Shown here in pieces: positions 13,165 to 26,400 of a stretch of DNA of 54,876 nt. The notes beneath the pieces are model-generated. The model searched no databases. It worked only from the letters and a program-made list of their open reading frames with translations, and was not told where the DNA came from. The first letter of the stretch is position 1. Each line of letters begins with the position of its first letter. A program made the translations under genes and the position numbers. The stretch comes from Nemertoderma westbladi (Eukaryota > Animalia > Xenacoelomorpha): positions 1 to 54,876 of the forward strand of contig JAUCBJ010005183.1 in the NCBI GenBank assembly GCA_032718475.1, in the 5' to 3' direction.

Positions 13165-13244
13165 TGGTCAGGTCAATATTGAATTTCGAACCCGCGAACT
13201 TAGGTTTCATTAACGTGATTGATAACCACTAGACTATGTGACCA
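13165..13244 (-). other. tRNA-like sequence embedded in transposon-like DNA
   Basis: Minus strand tggtcacaTAGTCTAGTGGtt...gcgGGTTCGAAAtt...tgacca: A and B boxes with paired ends, but irregular arms. Confidence 0.45.
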
Positions 13245-16239
13245 AGAGAATTTGAAATTTTCGAGTGACTATTTTTAAACATAAATAACTTCGGTTCTAC
13301 AGGGCCGTTTAATCTGAAACTTTTTTCATTGGATAGAGGATAGCTAGAGTGTGTGAAATAGGATACAACTTGGGAAAAGACTTATTTGCACTTAGTGCAA
13401 AATGCACTTAAATAGCGAACATTTTTTCGATATTTCAAACACTATTATTTCCAGTTCTATTCATCGTAGAATGTTATTTTTTGGATTAAAATGTAGTTTG
13501 TAATGATTTCTAACTATAATCGTAACATTTGTTTAACTTTTTATGTATATAAAGTGATTTAAAATGCCCATGAATATGGTCCAAAATCGCAAATCCAGAT
13601 TTATTAAATTGGATTTTTGACACTTTTAGCGACTGACACTTGATCATACACCATCGTAGATCGGTAGAGGATAAACATAAGTTTGTTGAATAAGAGCCAC
13701 CATTACGATCTGCTAAAGTGCATTTGTACAAATAAGTGTGCAAAAGTGCAAATTTTTTAATAAGGTCAAATTATATAGTATTGGGTTATTTTCTTTGCAG
13801 ATACTTTATTTTCATATTAATATGTTGTTTGGACCTTACTGAGCGCATTAGGGGATATGCGTACAAATAACCGGCCCTTATGAGGCTTCGATTGGGTAAA
13901 TTAATAAAACATAAGGTTGTATAGTATAATATTCTAAAAACCAGTGTGATATTAAATGCACTTTAAATAATAAATAGAAATCAAATAACAATTGGACCAC
14001 ACAATTAAAAACTCGCACAATTTTGTACTTATTATATCGCTTCAAATTAATTCAACAGTGGATATTTGGGGGAAGGGGGAAGTTACAGTGTGCATTCGGG
14101 GGAAGTTTGGTGAACTGCATTTATGCAGTGAATCCAAACTTCCCCCTTTGATATATCATATACTTAAGACATACTAGGGTGACGGGGAAATATTTGTTAC
14201 TGTCACACTTTGCTTCCATTTATCCTATCCTTTATTATTACCCCAGTCAGATAAGAGATAATAAATCAGTAAAAACTAAACTAAACTGTCTTTCATGCAA
14301 ACAAATTTCTAACTAAAGACGGGTGAATGACCATGACCATGGAAATAATTTTAAATATAATTGTATATCAACTATTTGGGGAGGCTTCCAAGTTAAACCC
14401 GAAAACAATTATTTTGTTACATAGTAAATAACGTTGTATGTTCTTCTTCCTCTCATAATAAAATATAAATGAAATATCTCAGATCGCTATGCCCTGTAAC
14501 ATTTCACAACCAAAATATTTAAGTGTGAAAAGTGTAGGCCTACCACACTCCGCCCAAACAGCCGCAAACGCATAGCCAACAAATTTAACAAAAGGTTACA
14601 TACATGTTGGGTTCATGACGAGATGAGTGAAAATTGATCGCGTAATATAAAGTAAAAAATTAAGAGACGGGCTGGCTCTCCTCCACTGTCTTACCCAATG
14701 GATATGTTGTTGTAATAATCTAATATTGGGGCGGCTTTCTCTCGGTGAGTGAGACCTAATAAATAACTACATATGCCTCACAATAATAGAGCTTTATCCT
14801 ATACTCTTTGTAGAAAATAATCCCCCTTCCATCTGAGAATATATATAATTTGCATACCCTACAGTTAGTTTGACAGAACAATAATTCATACAACCATCCC
14901 TAGTAGTGTCAATGTGAAAAGGACAGTTAGCATTAATGTAGAAATGACAATCTGCTTTAGGGTTAATGAATTTCTTATTTATTACAAATATTTCCAGAAG
15001 TTGCGTACCGGTAGTTGTTATTCTAAGTTCATTCTTCAAAACCATTTGTTTATACATTCCAGAAACATATACCGGTACTGTTTTTCCTGTCAACTGGCGT
15101 CTAATATATTGTTTAAACACATCATATTCATAACTTCCATGATCTAACCTTTCTAACGTACTTCAAAAAGTTTCAAGCTCTACTAGCTCTGGTACTGTAA
15201 TAGGGTTTAACGTAGTGGTACAGTAATAGTGTATCACGCATTCAGCTAACCTCATATTGCCCATGGTTGTAGTTGGCCTATGTGCGATTTGGGGTTAATG
15301 CTGGCGCGTAAGATGTAAACCTTTGGTTTCCAATCTTACATGATAACGAAGCTGGAGGTTTAAATAATTTACAGCTCGATGCAACCCCCACCTATGCGTT
15401 GACATACAGTACAGGATTCAAAGGGATTAATTAAGCAACAAATAATTGAGCAACAAAAAGTACCAATTTAAGAATAAAATTAAGTATTACATGGGAAAAA
15501 CTTTTTAATACTAGTACTTTTTTTTCAATATTCTCTCAACCCTTTATTAACTTCGCTGGCGTTCGGTAATTAAAATGCCTCGATAATAATGAAAAATGTA
15601 CTACTTTTTGTACTTGTACTACATTTTTTCCCATGAAAATAAATACGTTTTTTGATAAGTGAATAATGTGAATGAATATCACAGTTAGTTAACATAATCA
15701 AGTGTGAGTGGATACCCTCTTGTGGAATTGTTTATGTTTGAACAACATTGAAATTAGTCAAGTGAGTTTGTTGCATTTGTCTAAAATAATCAGTTTAAAT
15801 ACTTATAATTCAGACTCTTTTTTAACCCCCACACCCCAAATATAATTTTTGGCTTCCTCACAGAGCTATTGTGTGCTGCATCATTGACGGTCGCTCTCTC
15901 AGTGGGCAAATGGACAAAACTGTCCCAGAGGCTCGTGCTGCGCGAAGGCCCTACGAACTTCCTCCTTTCCATTCCATGTTCCAAATTTTATGGCTAACTT
16001 ACCTTATACGGTAATAACAATTATTTATTGATCCATGTTTTAATTTAATGATGTCATGTTTTACTGTACACCATGCCTTACTATTTATTCATCCATGATT
16101 TAATTTAATAAATAAAATATATATAATTTAACAAAGAGGCGAGATATCACTTCTCCGACCAAGAATTTGGGTCAAATTTCACACCCACCCCCTTCCCTGT
16201 CTCATGAACACATATCTGTCTGATATAATATTACATTGG

Positions 16240-16345
16240 AATTATCAATCCCGAATCTCCGGCTCCTGCAGCGTCTCCGGCCGGAGCTAATCTTGTAAAC
16301 TCCGGGCTCCGGCTCCGGATGAAATTTTAGCTCTGTTGCATCCCT
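16240..16345. mobile_element. hAT-like MITE end fragment
   Basis: Repeated ggctccgg motifs ending in gttgcatccct, similar to the complement of TAGGGATG-type hAT termini seen at 29780 and 52367. Confidence 0.4.
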
Positions 16346-16991
16346 TGCTCTGTTCCATGACTTATTTTCTCCATCGGGCTGCCAAAGGAAAATATTGTGT
16401 GCACTGACTGGTCTGGTCCTCACGGCGAAAGCAATGCCCTGCAAAGTGGAGACGGCTCCGTTCAAGTGTTAGGGTAATGAAACACCTCCAATACCGATAA
16501 GGTGGAAGACGTGTAAGTCACGGAATACACAGCTGTACTGTACAATACTTGGGCATTGGGTGAAACACATCGGGTCGCAAAAATAACATCTAAATTTGCC
16601 ATGTTTGTAAAACACGTTTATCCATTTTTAATATTTTTAAGATGTTTTTTGTGCAGGAGTAAAAAGACCCCATGTGAATAAAAATAGAGACTTGACATAA
16701 TTCAATGATCAAATTAAGAACAATGAACTTGTTTTTATTTTTCACATTATGTGACTCCTTATGTTTATATAAATTTTCTCGTCTGAGTCTTGATGGTCAG
16801 AATATTATACAAAGGTATACCATAAAATGTGGAAGAAGTTGTTGTAGGGTGTGTTGTATTTGGAAAAATGTATTTAAAATTAAATCTGATACAACATATT
16901 ATAATAAATATCGCAGTTACCATTAATTCAAAAATATTGAAAGCACATCTGTAGAAACACGGAATAAGGCAAACAAACAATTCACAACAAA

Positions 16992-16997
16992 TTTATT
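16992..16997 (-). promoter_or_regulatory. Candidate polyadenylation signal of DNAJC3
   Basis: AATAAA on the minus strand about 90 nt after the stop codon, followed by TG/T-rich sequence. Other AATAAA hexamers occur further downstream in this AT-rich region. Confidence 0.4.
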
Positions 16998-17084
16998 ACT
17001 TTTTTTAGTAAAGTGTATTAAATAAACCATAAAATAAATGTATGTTACAACAAACCCTCCCCCGAGTTAAGTAAAGTTGTTGCG

Positions 17085-17227
17085 TCATGTGAAGTGGAAT
17101 TTAAAGTGGGAACCCCCACCTCCGAATGGGTTGAAGCCACCGTGGTGGTGTCGGAATGGGTTACCGCGCTGCGCCTGTTCCTCCGCATCTAATGGGTCCT
17201 CCCCGCGGTCGAACTGGGCGCGTTTCT
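17085..17227 (-). CDS. DNAJC3: DNAJC3 terminal coding exon
   Basis: gtttatttcgtag|AG-KRAQFDRGEDPLDAEEQAQRGNPFRHHHGGFNPFGGGGSHFKFHFT-TGA. Matches the DNAJC3 C-terminus (FDDGEDPLDAE...FKFHFN). Confidence 0.95.
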
Positions 17228-17414
17228 CTACGAAATAAACGTAAAATTACCGTTGTCTCATACACCCCCGGTAATTAATGTCAAGATACTGATTTAAACT
17301 AAATAGTGGGTTAAACGGGAACATAAAGGATAAACTACCAGAAATAAACGGGAAACGTCTCATATAAAGGATCCTGGATACTTCCTTACACATTAATACA
17401 CGCACACAAACTAT

Positions 17415-20400
17415 ACATTGTTACCTGGACCCCTAAGGACTTCCTTTGCAGCTGCTATATCTATAAACATTGTTACCTGGGTCACTAAGAACTTCCTTTG
17501 CAGCTGCTATATCTATAAACATTGTTACCTGGGTCACTAAGGACTTCCTTTGCAGCTGCTATATCTATAAACATTGTTACCTGGGTCACTAAGAACTTCC
17601 TTTGCAGCTGCTATATCTATAAACATTGTTACCTGGGTCACTAAGAACTTCCTTTGCAGCAGCTATATCTATAAACATTGTTACCTCGGTCACTAAGAAC
17701 TTCCTTTGCAGCTGCTATATCTATAAACATTGTTACCTGGGTCACTAAGAACTTCCTTTGCAGCTGCTATATCTATAAACATTGTTACCTGGGTCACTAA
17801 GGACTTCCTTAGCAGCTGCTATATCTATAAACATTGTTACCTGGGTCACTAAGAACTTCCTTAGCAGCTGCTATATCTATAAACATTGTTACCTGGGTCA
17901 CTAAGAACTTCCTTAGCAGCTGCTATATCTATAAACATTGTTACCTGGGTCACTAAGGACTTCCTTTGCAGCTGCTATATCTATAAACATTGTTACCTGG
18001 GTCACTAAGAACTTCCTTTGCAGCTGCTATATCTATAAACATTGTTACCTGGGTCACTAAGAACTTCCTTTGCAGCTGCTATATCTATAAACATTGTTAC
18101 CTGGGTCACTAAGAACTTCCTTTGCAGCTGCTATATCTATAAACATTGTTACCTGGGTCACTAAGAACTTCCTTAGCAGCTGCTATATCTATAAACATTG
18201 TTACCTGGGTCACTAAGGACTTCCTTTGCAGCTGCTATATCTATAAACATTGTTACCTGGGTCACTAAGAACTTCCTTTGCAGCTGCTATATCTATAAAC
18301 ATTGTTACCTGGGTCACTAAGAACTTCCTTTGCAGCTGCTATATCTATAAACATTGTTACCTGGGTCACTAAGGACTTCCTTAGCAGCTGCTATATCTAT
18401 AAACATTGTTACCTGGGTCACTAAGAACTTCCTTAGCAGCTGCTATATCTATAAACATTGTTACCTGGGTCACTAAGAACTTCCTTAGCAGCTGCTATAT
18501 CTATAAACATTGTTACCTGGGTCACTAAGGACTTCCTTTGCAGCTGCTATATCTATAAACATTGTTACCTGGGTCACTAAGAACTTCCTTTGCAGCTGCT
18601 ATATCTATAAACATTGTTACCTGGGTCACTAAGAACTTCCTTAGCAGCTGCTATATCTATAAACATTGTTACCTGGGTCACTAAGAACTTCCTTTGCAGC
18701 TGCTATATCTATAAACATTGTTACCTGGGTCACTAAGAACTTCCTTTGCAGCTGCTATATCTATAAACATTGTTACCTGGGTCACTAAGAACTTCCTTTG
18801 CAGCTGCTATATCTATAAACATTGTTACCTGGGTCACTAAGAACTTCCTTAGCAGCTGCTATATCTATAAACATTGTTACCTGGGTCACTAAGGACTTCC
18901 TTAGCAGCGCTATATCTATAAACATTGTTACCTGGGTCACTAAGAACTTCCTTTGCAGCAGCTATATCTATAAACATTGTTACCTGGGTCACTAAGAACT
19001 TCCTTTGCAGCTGCTATATCTATAAACATTGTTACCTGGGTCACTAAGAACTTCCTTTGCAGCTGCTATATCTATAAACATTGTTACCTGGGTCACTAAG
19101 AACTTCCTTTGCAGCTGCTATATCTATAAACATTGTTACCTGGGTCACTAAGAACTTCCTTTGCAGCAGCTATATCTATAAACATTGTTACCTGGGTCAC
19201 TAAGGACTTCCTTTGCAGCTGCTATATCTATAAACATTGTTACCTGGGTCACTAAGAACTTCCTTTGCAGCTGCTATATCTATAAACATTGTTACCTGGG
19301 TCACTAAGAACTTCCTTTGCAGCTGCTATATCTATAAACATTGTTACCTGGGTCACTAAGGACTTCCTTAGCAGCTGCTATATCTATAAACATTGTTACC
19401 TGGGTCACTAAGGACTTCCTTTGCAGCTGCTATATCTATAAACATTGTTACCTGGGTCACTAAGAACTTCCTTTGCAGCTGCTATATCTATAAACATTGT
19501 TACCTGGGTCACTAAGGACTTCCTTTGCAGCTGCTATATCTATAAACATTGTTACCTGGGTCACTAAGGACTTCCTTTGCAGCTGCTATATCTATAAACA
19601 TTGTTACCTGGGTCACTAAGGACTTCCTTAGCAGCTGCTATATCTATAAACATTGTTACCTGGGTCACTAAGAACTTCCTTTGCAGCTGCTATATCTATA
19701 AACATTGTTACCTGGGTCACTAAGAACTTCCTTTGCAGCTGCTATATCTATAAACATTGTTACCTGGGTCACTAAGAACTTCCTTTGCAGCTGCTATATC
19801 TATAAACATTGTTACCTGGGTCACTAAGAACTTCCTTTGCAGCTGCTATATCTATAAACATTGTTACCTGGGTCACTAAGAACTTCCTTTGCAGCAGCTA
19901 TATCTATAAACATTGTTACCTGGGTCACTAAGAACTTCCTTTGCAGCTGCTATATCTATAAACATTGTTACCTGGGTCACTAAGAACTTCCTTTGCAGCT
20001 GCTATATCTATAAACATTGTTACCTGGGTCACTAAGGACTTCCTTTGCAGCTGCTATATCTATAAACATTGTTACCTGGGTCACTAAGAACTTCCTTTGC
20101 AGCTGCTATATCTATAAACATTGTTACCTGGGTCACTAAGGACTTCCTTTGCAGCTGCTATATCTATAAACATTGTTACCTGGGTCACTAAGAACTTCCT
20201 TTGCAGCAGCTATATCTATAAACATTGTTACCTGGGTCACTAAGAACTTCCTTTGCAGCTGCTATATCTATAAACATTGTTACCTGGGTCACTAAGAACT
20301 TCCTTTGCAGCAGCTATATCTATAAACATTGTTACCTGGGTCACTAAGAACTTCCTTTGCAGCAGCTATATCTATAAACATTGTTACCTGGGTCACTGAG

Positions 20401-23400
20401 AACTTCCTTTGCAGCAGCTATATCTATAAACATTGTTACCTGGGTCACTAAGAACTTCCTTTGCAGCTGCTATATCTATAAACATTGTTACCTGGGTCAC
20501 TAAGAACTTCCTTTGCAGCTGCTATATCTATAAACATTGTTACCTGGGTCACTAAGAACTTCCTTTGCAGCTGCTATATCTATAAACATTGTTACCTGGG
20601 TCACTAAGAACTTCCTTTGCAGCAGCTATATCTATAAACATTGTTACCTGGGTCACTAAGGACTTCCTTTGAAGCTGCTATATCTATAAACATTGTTACC
20701 TGGGTCACTAAGTACTTCCTTTGCAGCTGCTATATCTATAAACATTGTTACCTGGGTCACTAAGTACTTCCTTTGCAGCTGCTATATCTATAAACATTGT
20801 TACCTGGGTCACTAAGTACTTCCTTTGCAGCTGCTATATCTATAAACATTGTTACCTGGGTCACTAAGTACTTCCTTTGCAGCTGCTATATCTATAAACA
20901 TTGTTACCTGGGTCACTAAGTACTTCCTTTGCAGCTGCTATATCTATAAACATTGTTACCTGGGTCACTAAGTACTTCCTTTGCAGCTGCTATATCTATA
21001 AACATTGTTACCTGGGTCACTAAGTACTTCCTTTGCAGCTGCTATATCTATAAACATTGTTACCTGGGTCACTAAGTACTTCCTTTGCAGCTGCTATATC
21101 TATAAACATTGTTACCTGGGTCACTAAGTACTTCCTTTGCAGCTGCTATATCTATAAACATTGTTACCTGGGTCACTAAGTACTTCCTTTGCAGCTGCTA
21201 TATCTATAAACATTGTTACCTGGGTCACTAAGAACTTCCTTTGCAGCAGCTATATCTATAAACATTGTTACCTGGGTCACTAAGGACTTCCTTTGCAGCT
21301 GCTATATCTATAAACATTGTTACCTGGGTCACTAAGTACTTCCTTTGCAGCTGCTATATCTATAAACATTGTTACCTGGGTCACTAAGTACTTCCTTTGC
21401 AGCAGCTATATCTATAAACATTGTTACCTGGGTCACTAAGAACTTCCTTTGCAGCTGCTATATCTATAAACATTGTTACCTGGGTCACTAAGAACTTCCT
21501 TTGCAGCTGCTATATCTATAAACATTGTTACCTGGGTCACTAAGAACTTCCTTAGCAGCTGCTATATCTATAAACATTGTTACCTGGGTCACTAAGTACT
21601 TCCTTTGCAGCTGCTATATCTATAAACATTGTTACCTGGGTCACTAAGGACTTCCTTTGCAGCTGCTATATCTATAAACATTGTTACCTGGGTCACTAAG
21701 AACTTCCTTAGCAGCTGCTATATCTATAAACATTGTTACCTGGGTCACTAAGTACTTCCTTTGCAGCTGCTATATCTATAAACATTGTTACCTGGGTCAC
21801 TAAGAACTTCCTTTGCAGCTGCTATATCTATAAACATTGTTACCTGGGTCACTAAGAACTTCCTTTGCAGCTGCTATATCTATAAACATTGTTACCTGGG
21901 TCACTAAGTACTTCCTTTGCAGCTGCTATATCTATAAACATTGTTACCTGGGTCACTAAGAACTTCCTTAGCAGCTGCTATATCTATAAACATTGTTACC
22001 TGGGTCACTAAGAACTTCCTTTGCAGCTGCTATATCTATAAACATTGTTACCTGGGTCACTAAGAACTTCCTTTGCAGCTGCTATATCTATAAACATTGT
22101 TACCTGGGTCACTAAGAACTTCCTTTGCAGCTGCTATATCTATAAACATTGTTACCTGGGTCACTAAGGACTTCCTTTGCAGCTGCTATATCTATAAACA
22201 TTGTTACCTGGGTCACTAAGAACTTCCTTTGCAGCTGCTATATCTATAAACATTGTTACCTGGGTCACTAAGAACTTCCTTTGCAGCTGCTATATCTATA
22301 AACATTGTTACCTGGGTCACTAAGAACTTCCTTTGCAGCTGCTATATCTATAAACATTGTTACCTGGGTCACTAAGGACTTCCTTTGCAGCTGCTATATC
22401 TATAAACATTGTTACCTGGGTCACTAAGAACTTCCTTTGCAGCTGCTATATCTATAAACATTGTTACCTGGGTCACTAAGAACTTCCTTTGCAGCTGCTA
22501 TATCTATAAACATTGTTACCTGGGTCACTAAGAACTTCCTTTGCAGCTGCTATATCTATAAACATTGTTACCTGGGTCACTAAGAACTTCCTTTGCAGCA
22601 GCTATATCTATAAACATTGTTACCTGGGTCACTAAGAACTTCCTTTGCAGCTGCTATATCTATAAACATTGTTACCTGGGTCACTAAGAACTTCCTTTGC
22701 AGCTGCTATATCTATAAACATTGTTACCTGGGTCACTAAGTACTTCCTTTGCAGCTGCTATATCTATAAACATTGTTACCTGGGTCACTAAGTACTTCCT
22801 TTGCAGCAGCTATATCTATAAACATTGTTACCTGGGTCACTAAGGACTTCCTTTGCAGCTGCTATATCTATAAACATTGTTACCTGGGTCACTAAGAACT
22901 TCCTTTGCAGCTGCTATATCTATAAACATTGTTACCTGGGTCACTAAGGACTTCCTTTGCAGCTGCTATATCTATAAACATTGTTACCTGGGTCACTAAG
23001 GACTTCCTTTGCAGCTGCTATATCTATAAACATTGTTACCTGGGTCACTAAGAACTTCCTTTGCAGCTGCTATATCTATAAACATTGTTACCTGGGTCAC
23101 TAAGAACTTCCTTTGCAGCTGCTATATCTATAAACATTGTTACCTGGGTCACTAAGGACTTCCTTTGCAGCTGCTATATCTATAAACATTGTTACCTGGG
23201 TCACTAAGAACTTCCTTTGCAGCTGCTATATCTAGAAACATTGTTACCTGGGTCACTAAGAACTTCCTTTGCAGCAGCTATATCTATAAACATTGTTACC
23301 TGGGTCACTAAGAACTTCCTTAGCAGCTGCTATATCTATAAACATTGTTACCTGGGTCACTAAGAACTTCCTTTGCAGCAGCTATATCTATAAACATTGT

Positions 23401-26400
23401 TACCTGGGTCACTAAGAACTTCCTTTGCAGCTGCTATATCTATAAACATTGTTACCTGGGTCACTAAGAACTTCCTTTGCAGCAGCTATATCTATAAACA
23501 TTGTTACCTGGGTCACTAAGAACTTCCTTAGCAGCTGCTATATCTATAAACATTGTTACCTGGGTCACTAAGAACTTCCTTTGCAGCAGCTATATCTATA
23601 AACATTGTTACCTGGGTCACTAAGAACTTCCTTTGCAGCTGCTATATCTATAAACATTGTTACCTGGGTCACTAAGAACTTCCTTAGCAGCTGCTATATC
23701 TATAAACATTGTTACCTGGGTCACTAAGAACTTCCTTTGCAGCAGCTATATCTATAAACATTGTTACCTGGGTCACTAAGAACTTCCTTTGCAGCTGCTA
23801 TATCTATAAACATTGTTACCTGGACCACTAAGGACTTCCTTTGCAGCTGCTATATCTATAAACATTGTTACCTGGGTCACTAAGAACTTCCTTTGCAGCT
23901 GCTATATCTATAAACATTGTTACCTGGGTCACTAAGAACTTCCTTAGCAGCAGCTATATCTATAAACATTGTTACCTGGGTCACTAAGAACTTCCTTTGC
24001 AGCTGCTATATCTATAAACATTGTTACCTGGGTCACTAAGAACTTCCTTAGCAGCTGCTATATCTATAAACATTGTTACCTGGGTCACTAAGGACTTCCT
24101 TTGCAGCTGCTATATCTATAAACATTGTTACCTGGGTCACTAAGAACTTCCTTTGCAGCAGCTATATCTATAAACATTGTTACCTGGGTCACTAAGAACT
24201 TCCTTAGCAACTGCTATATCTATAAACATTGTTACCTGGGTCACTAAGGACTTCCTTTGCAGCTGCTATATCTATAAACATTGTTACCTGGGTCACTAAG
24301 AACTTCCTTTGCAGCAGCTATATCTATAAACATTGTTACCTGGGTCACTAAGGACTTCCTTTGCAGCTGCTATATCTATAAACATTGTTACCTGGGCCAC
24401 TAAGAACTTCCTTTGCAGCTGCTATATCTATAAACATTGTTACCTGGGTCACTAAGAACTTCCTTTGCAGCTGCTATATCTATAAACATTGTTACCTGGG
24501 TCACTAAGAACTTCCTTTGCAGCAGCTATATCTATAAACATTGTTACCTGGGTCACTAAGAACTTCCTTTGCAGCAGCTATATCTATAAACATTGTTACC
24601 TGGGTCACTAAGAACTTCCTTTGCAGCAGCTATATCTATAAACATTGTTACCTGGGTCACTAAGAACTTCCTTTGCAGCAGCTATATCTATAAACATTGT
24701 TACCTGGGTCACTAAGAACTTCCTTTGCAGCAGCTATATCTATAAACATTGTTACCTGGGTCACTAAGTACTTCCTTTGCAGCTGCTATATCTATAAACA
24801 TTGTTACCTGGGTTACTAAGAACTTCCTTTGCAGCAGCTATATCTATAAACATTGTTACCTGGGTCACTAAGAACTTCCTTTGAAGCTGCTATATCTATA
24901 AACATTGTTACCTGGGTCACTAAGAACTTCCTTTGAAGCTGCTATATCTATAAACATTGTTACCTGGGTCACTAAGAACTTCCTTTGAAGCTGCTATATC
25001 TATAAACATTGTTACCTGGGTCACTAAGAACTTCCTTTGCAGCAGCTATATCTATAAACATTGTTACCTGGGTCACTAAGAACTTCCTTTGCAGCAGCTA
25101 TATCTATAAACATTGTTACCTGGGTCACTAAGAACTTCCTTAGCAGCTGCTATATCTATAAACATTGTTACCTGGGTCACTAAGGACTTCCTTAGCAGCT
25201 GCTATATCTATAAACATTGTTACCTGGACCCCTAAGGACTTCCTTAGCAGCTGCTATATCTATAAACATTGTTACCTGGGTCACTAAGAACTTCCTTTGC
25301 AGCAGCTATATCTATAAACATTGTTACCTGGGTCACTAAGAACTTCCTTTGCAGCTGCTATATCTATAAACATTGTTACCTGGGTCACTAAGGACTTCCT
25401 TTGCAGCTGCTATATCTATAAACATTGTTACCTGGGTCACTAAGAACTTCCTTTGCAGCAGCTATATCTATAAACATTGTTACCTGGGTCACTAAGAACT
25501 TCCTTTGCAGCTGCTATATCTATAAACATTGTTACCTGGGTCACTAAGGACTTCCTTTGCAGCAGCTATATCTATAAACATTGTTACCTGGGTCACTAAG
25601 AACTTCCTTTGCAGCTGCTATATCTATAAACATTGTTACCTGGGTCACTAAGGACTTCCTTTGCAGCTGCTATATCTATAAACATTGTTACCTGGGTCAC
25701 TAAGAACTTCCTTTGCAGCTGCTATATCTATAAACATTGTTACCTGGGTCACTAAGAACTTCCTTTGCAGCTGCTATATCTATAAACATTGTTACCTGGG
25801 TCACTAAGGACTTCCTTTGCAGCAGCTATATCTATAAACATTGTTACCTGGGTCACTAAGAACTTCCTTTGCAGCTGCTATATCTATAAACATTGTTACC
25901 TGAGTCACTAAGGACTTCCTTTGCAGCTGCTATATCTATAAACATTGTTACCTGGGTCACTAAGAACTTCCTTTGCAGCTGCTATATCTATAAACATTGT
26001 TACCTGGGTCACTAAGGACTTCCTTTGCAGCAGCTATATCTATAAACATTGTTACCTGGGTCACTAAGAACTTCCTTTGCAGCTGCTATATCTATAAACA
26101 TTGTTACCTGAGTCACTAAGGACTTCCTTTGCAGCTGCTATATCTATAAACATTGTTACCTGGGTCACTAAGGACTTCCTTTGCAGCTGCTATATCTATA
26201 AACATTGTTACCTGGGTCACTAAGAACTTCCTTTGCAGCAGCTATATCTATAAACATTGTTACCTGGGTCACTAAGAACTTCCTTTGCAGCAGCTATATC
26301 TATAAACATTGTTACCTGGGTCACTAAGAACTTCCTTTGCAGCTGCTATATCTATAAACATTGTTACCTGGGTCACTAAGAACTTCCTTTGCAGCTGCTA

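Noticed and set aside
11820-13900. Discrete transposon in this repeat-like stretch
   Set aside because: It looks like subterminal transposon DNA (tcgaatgggggta repeated), but I could not find termini or coding remnants.
14794-15147. Overlapping ORFs of 108 and 77 aa
   Set aside because: No recognisable motif and no splice context; consistent with chance ORFs in AT-rich DNA.
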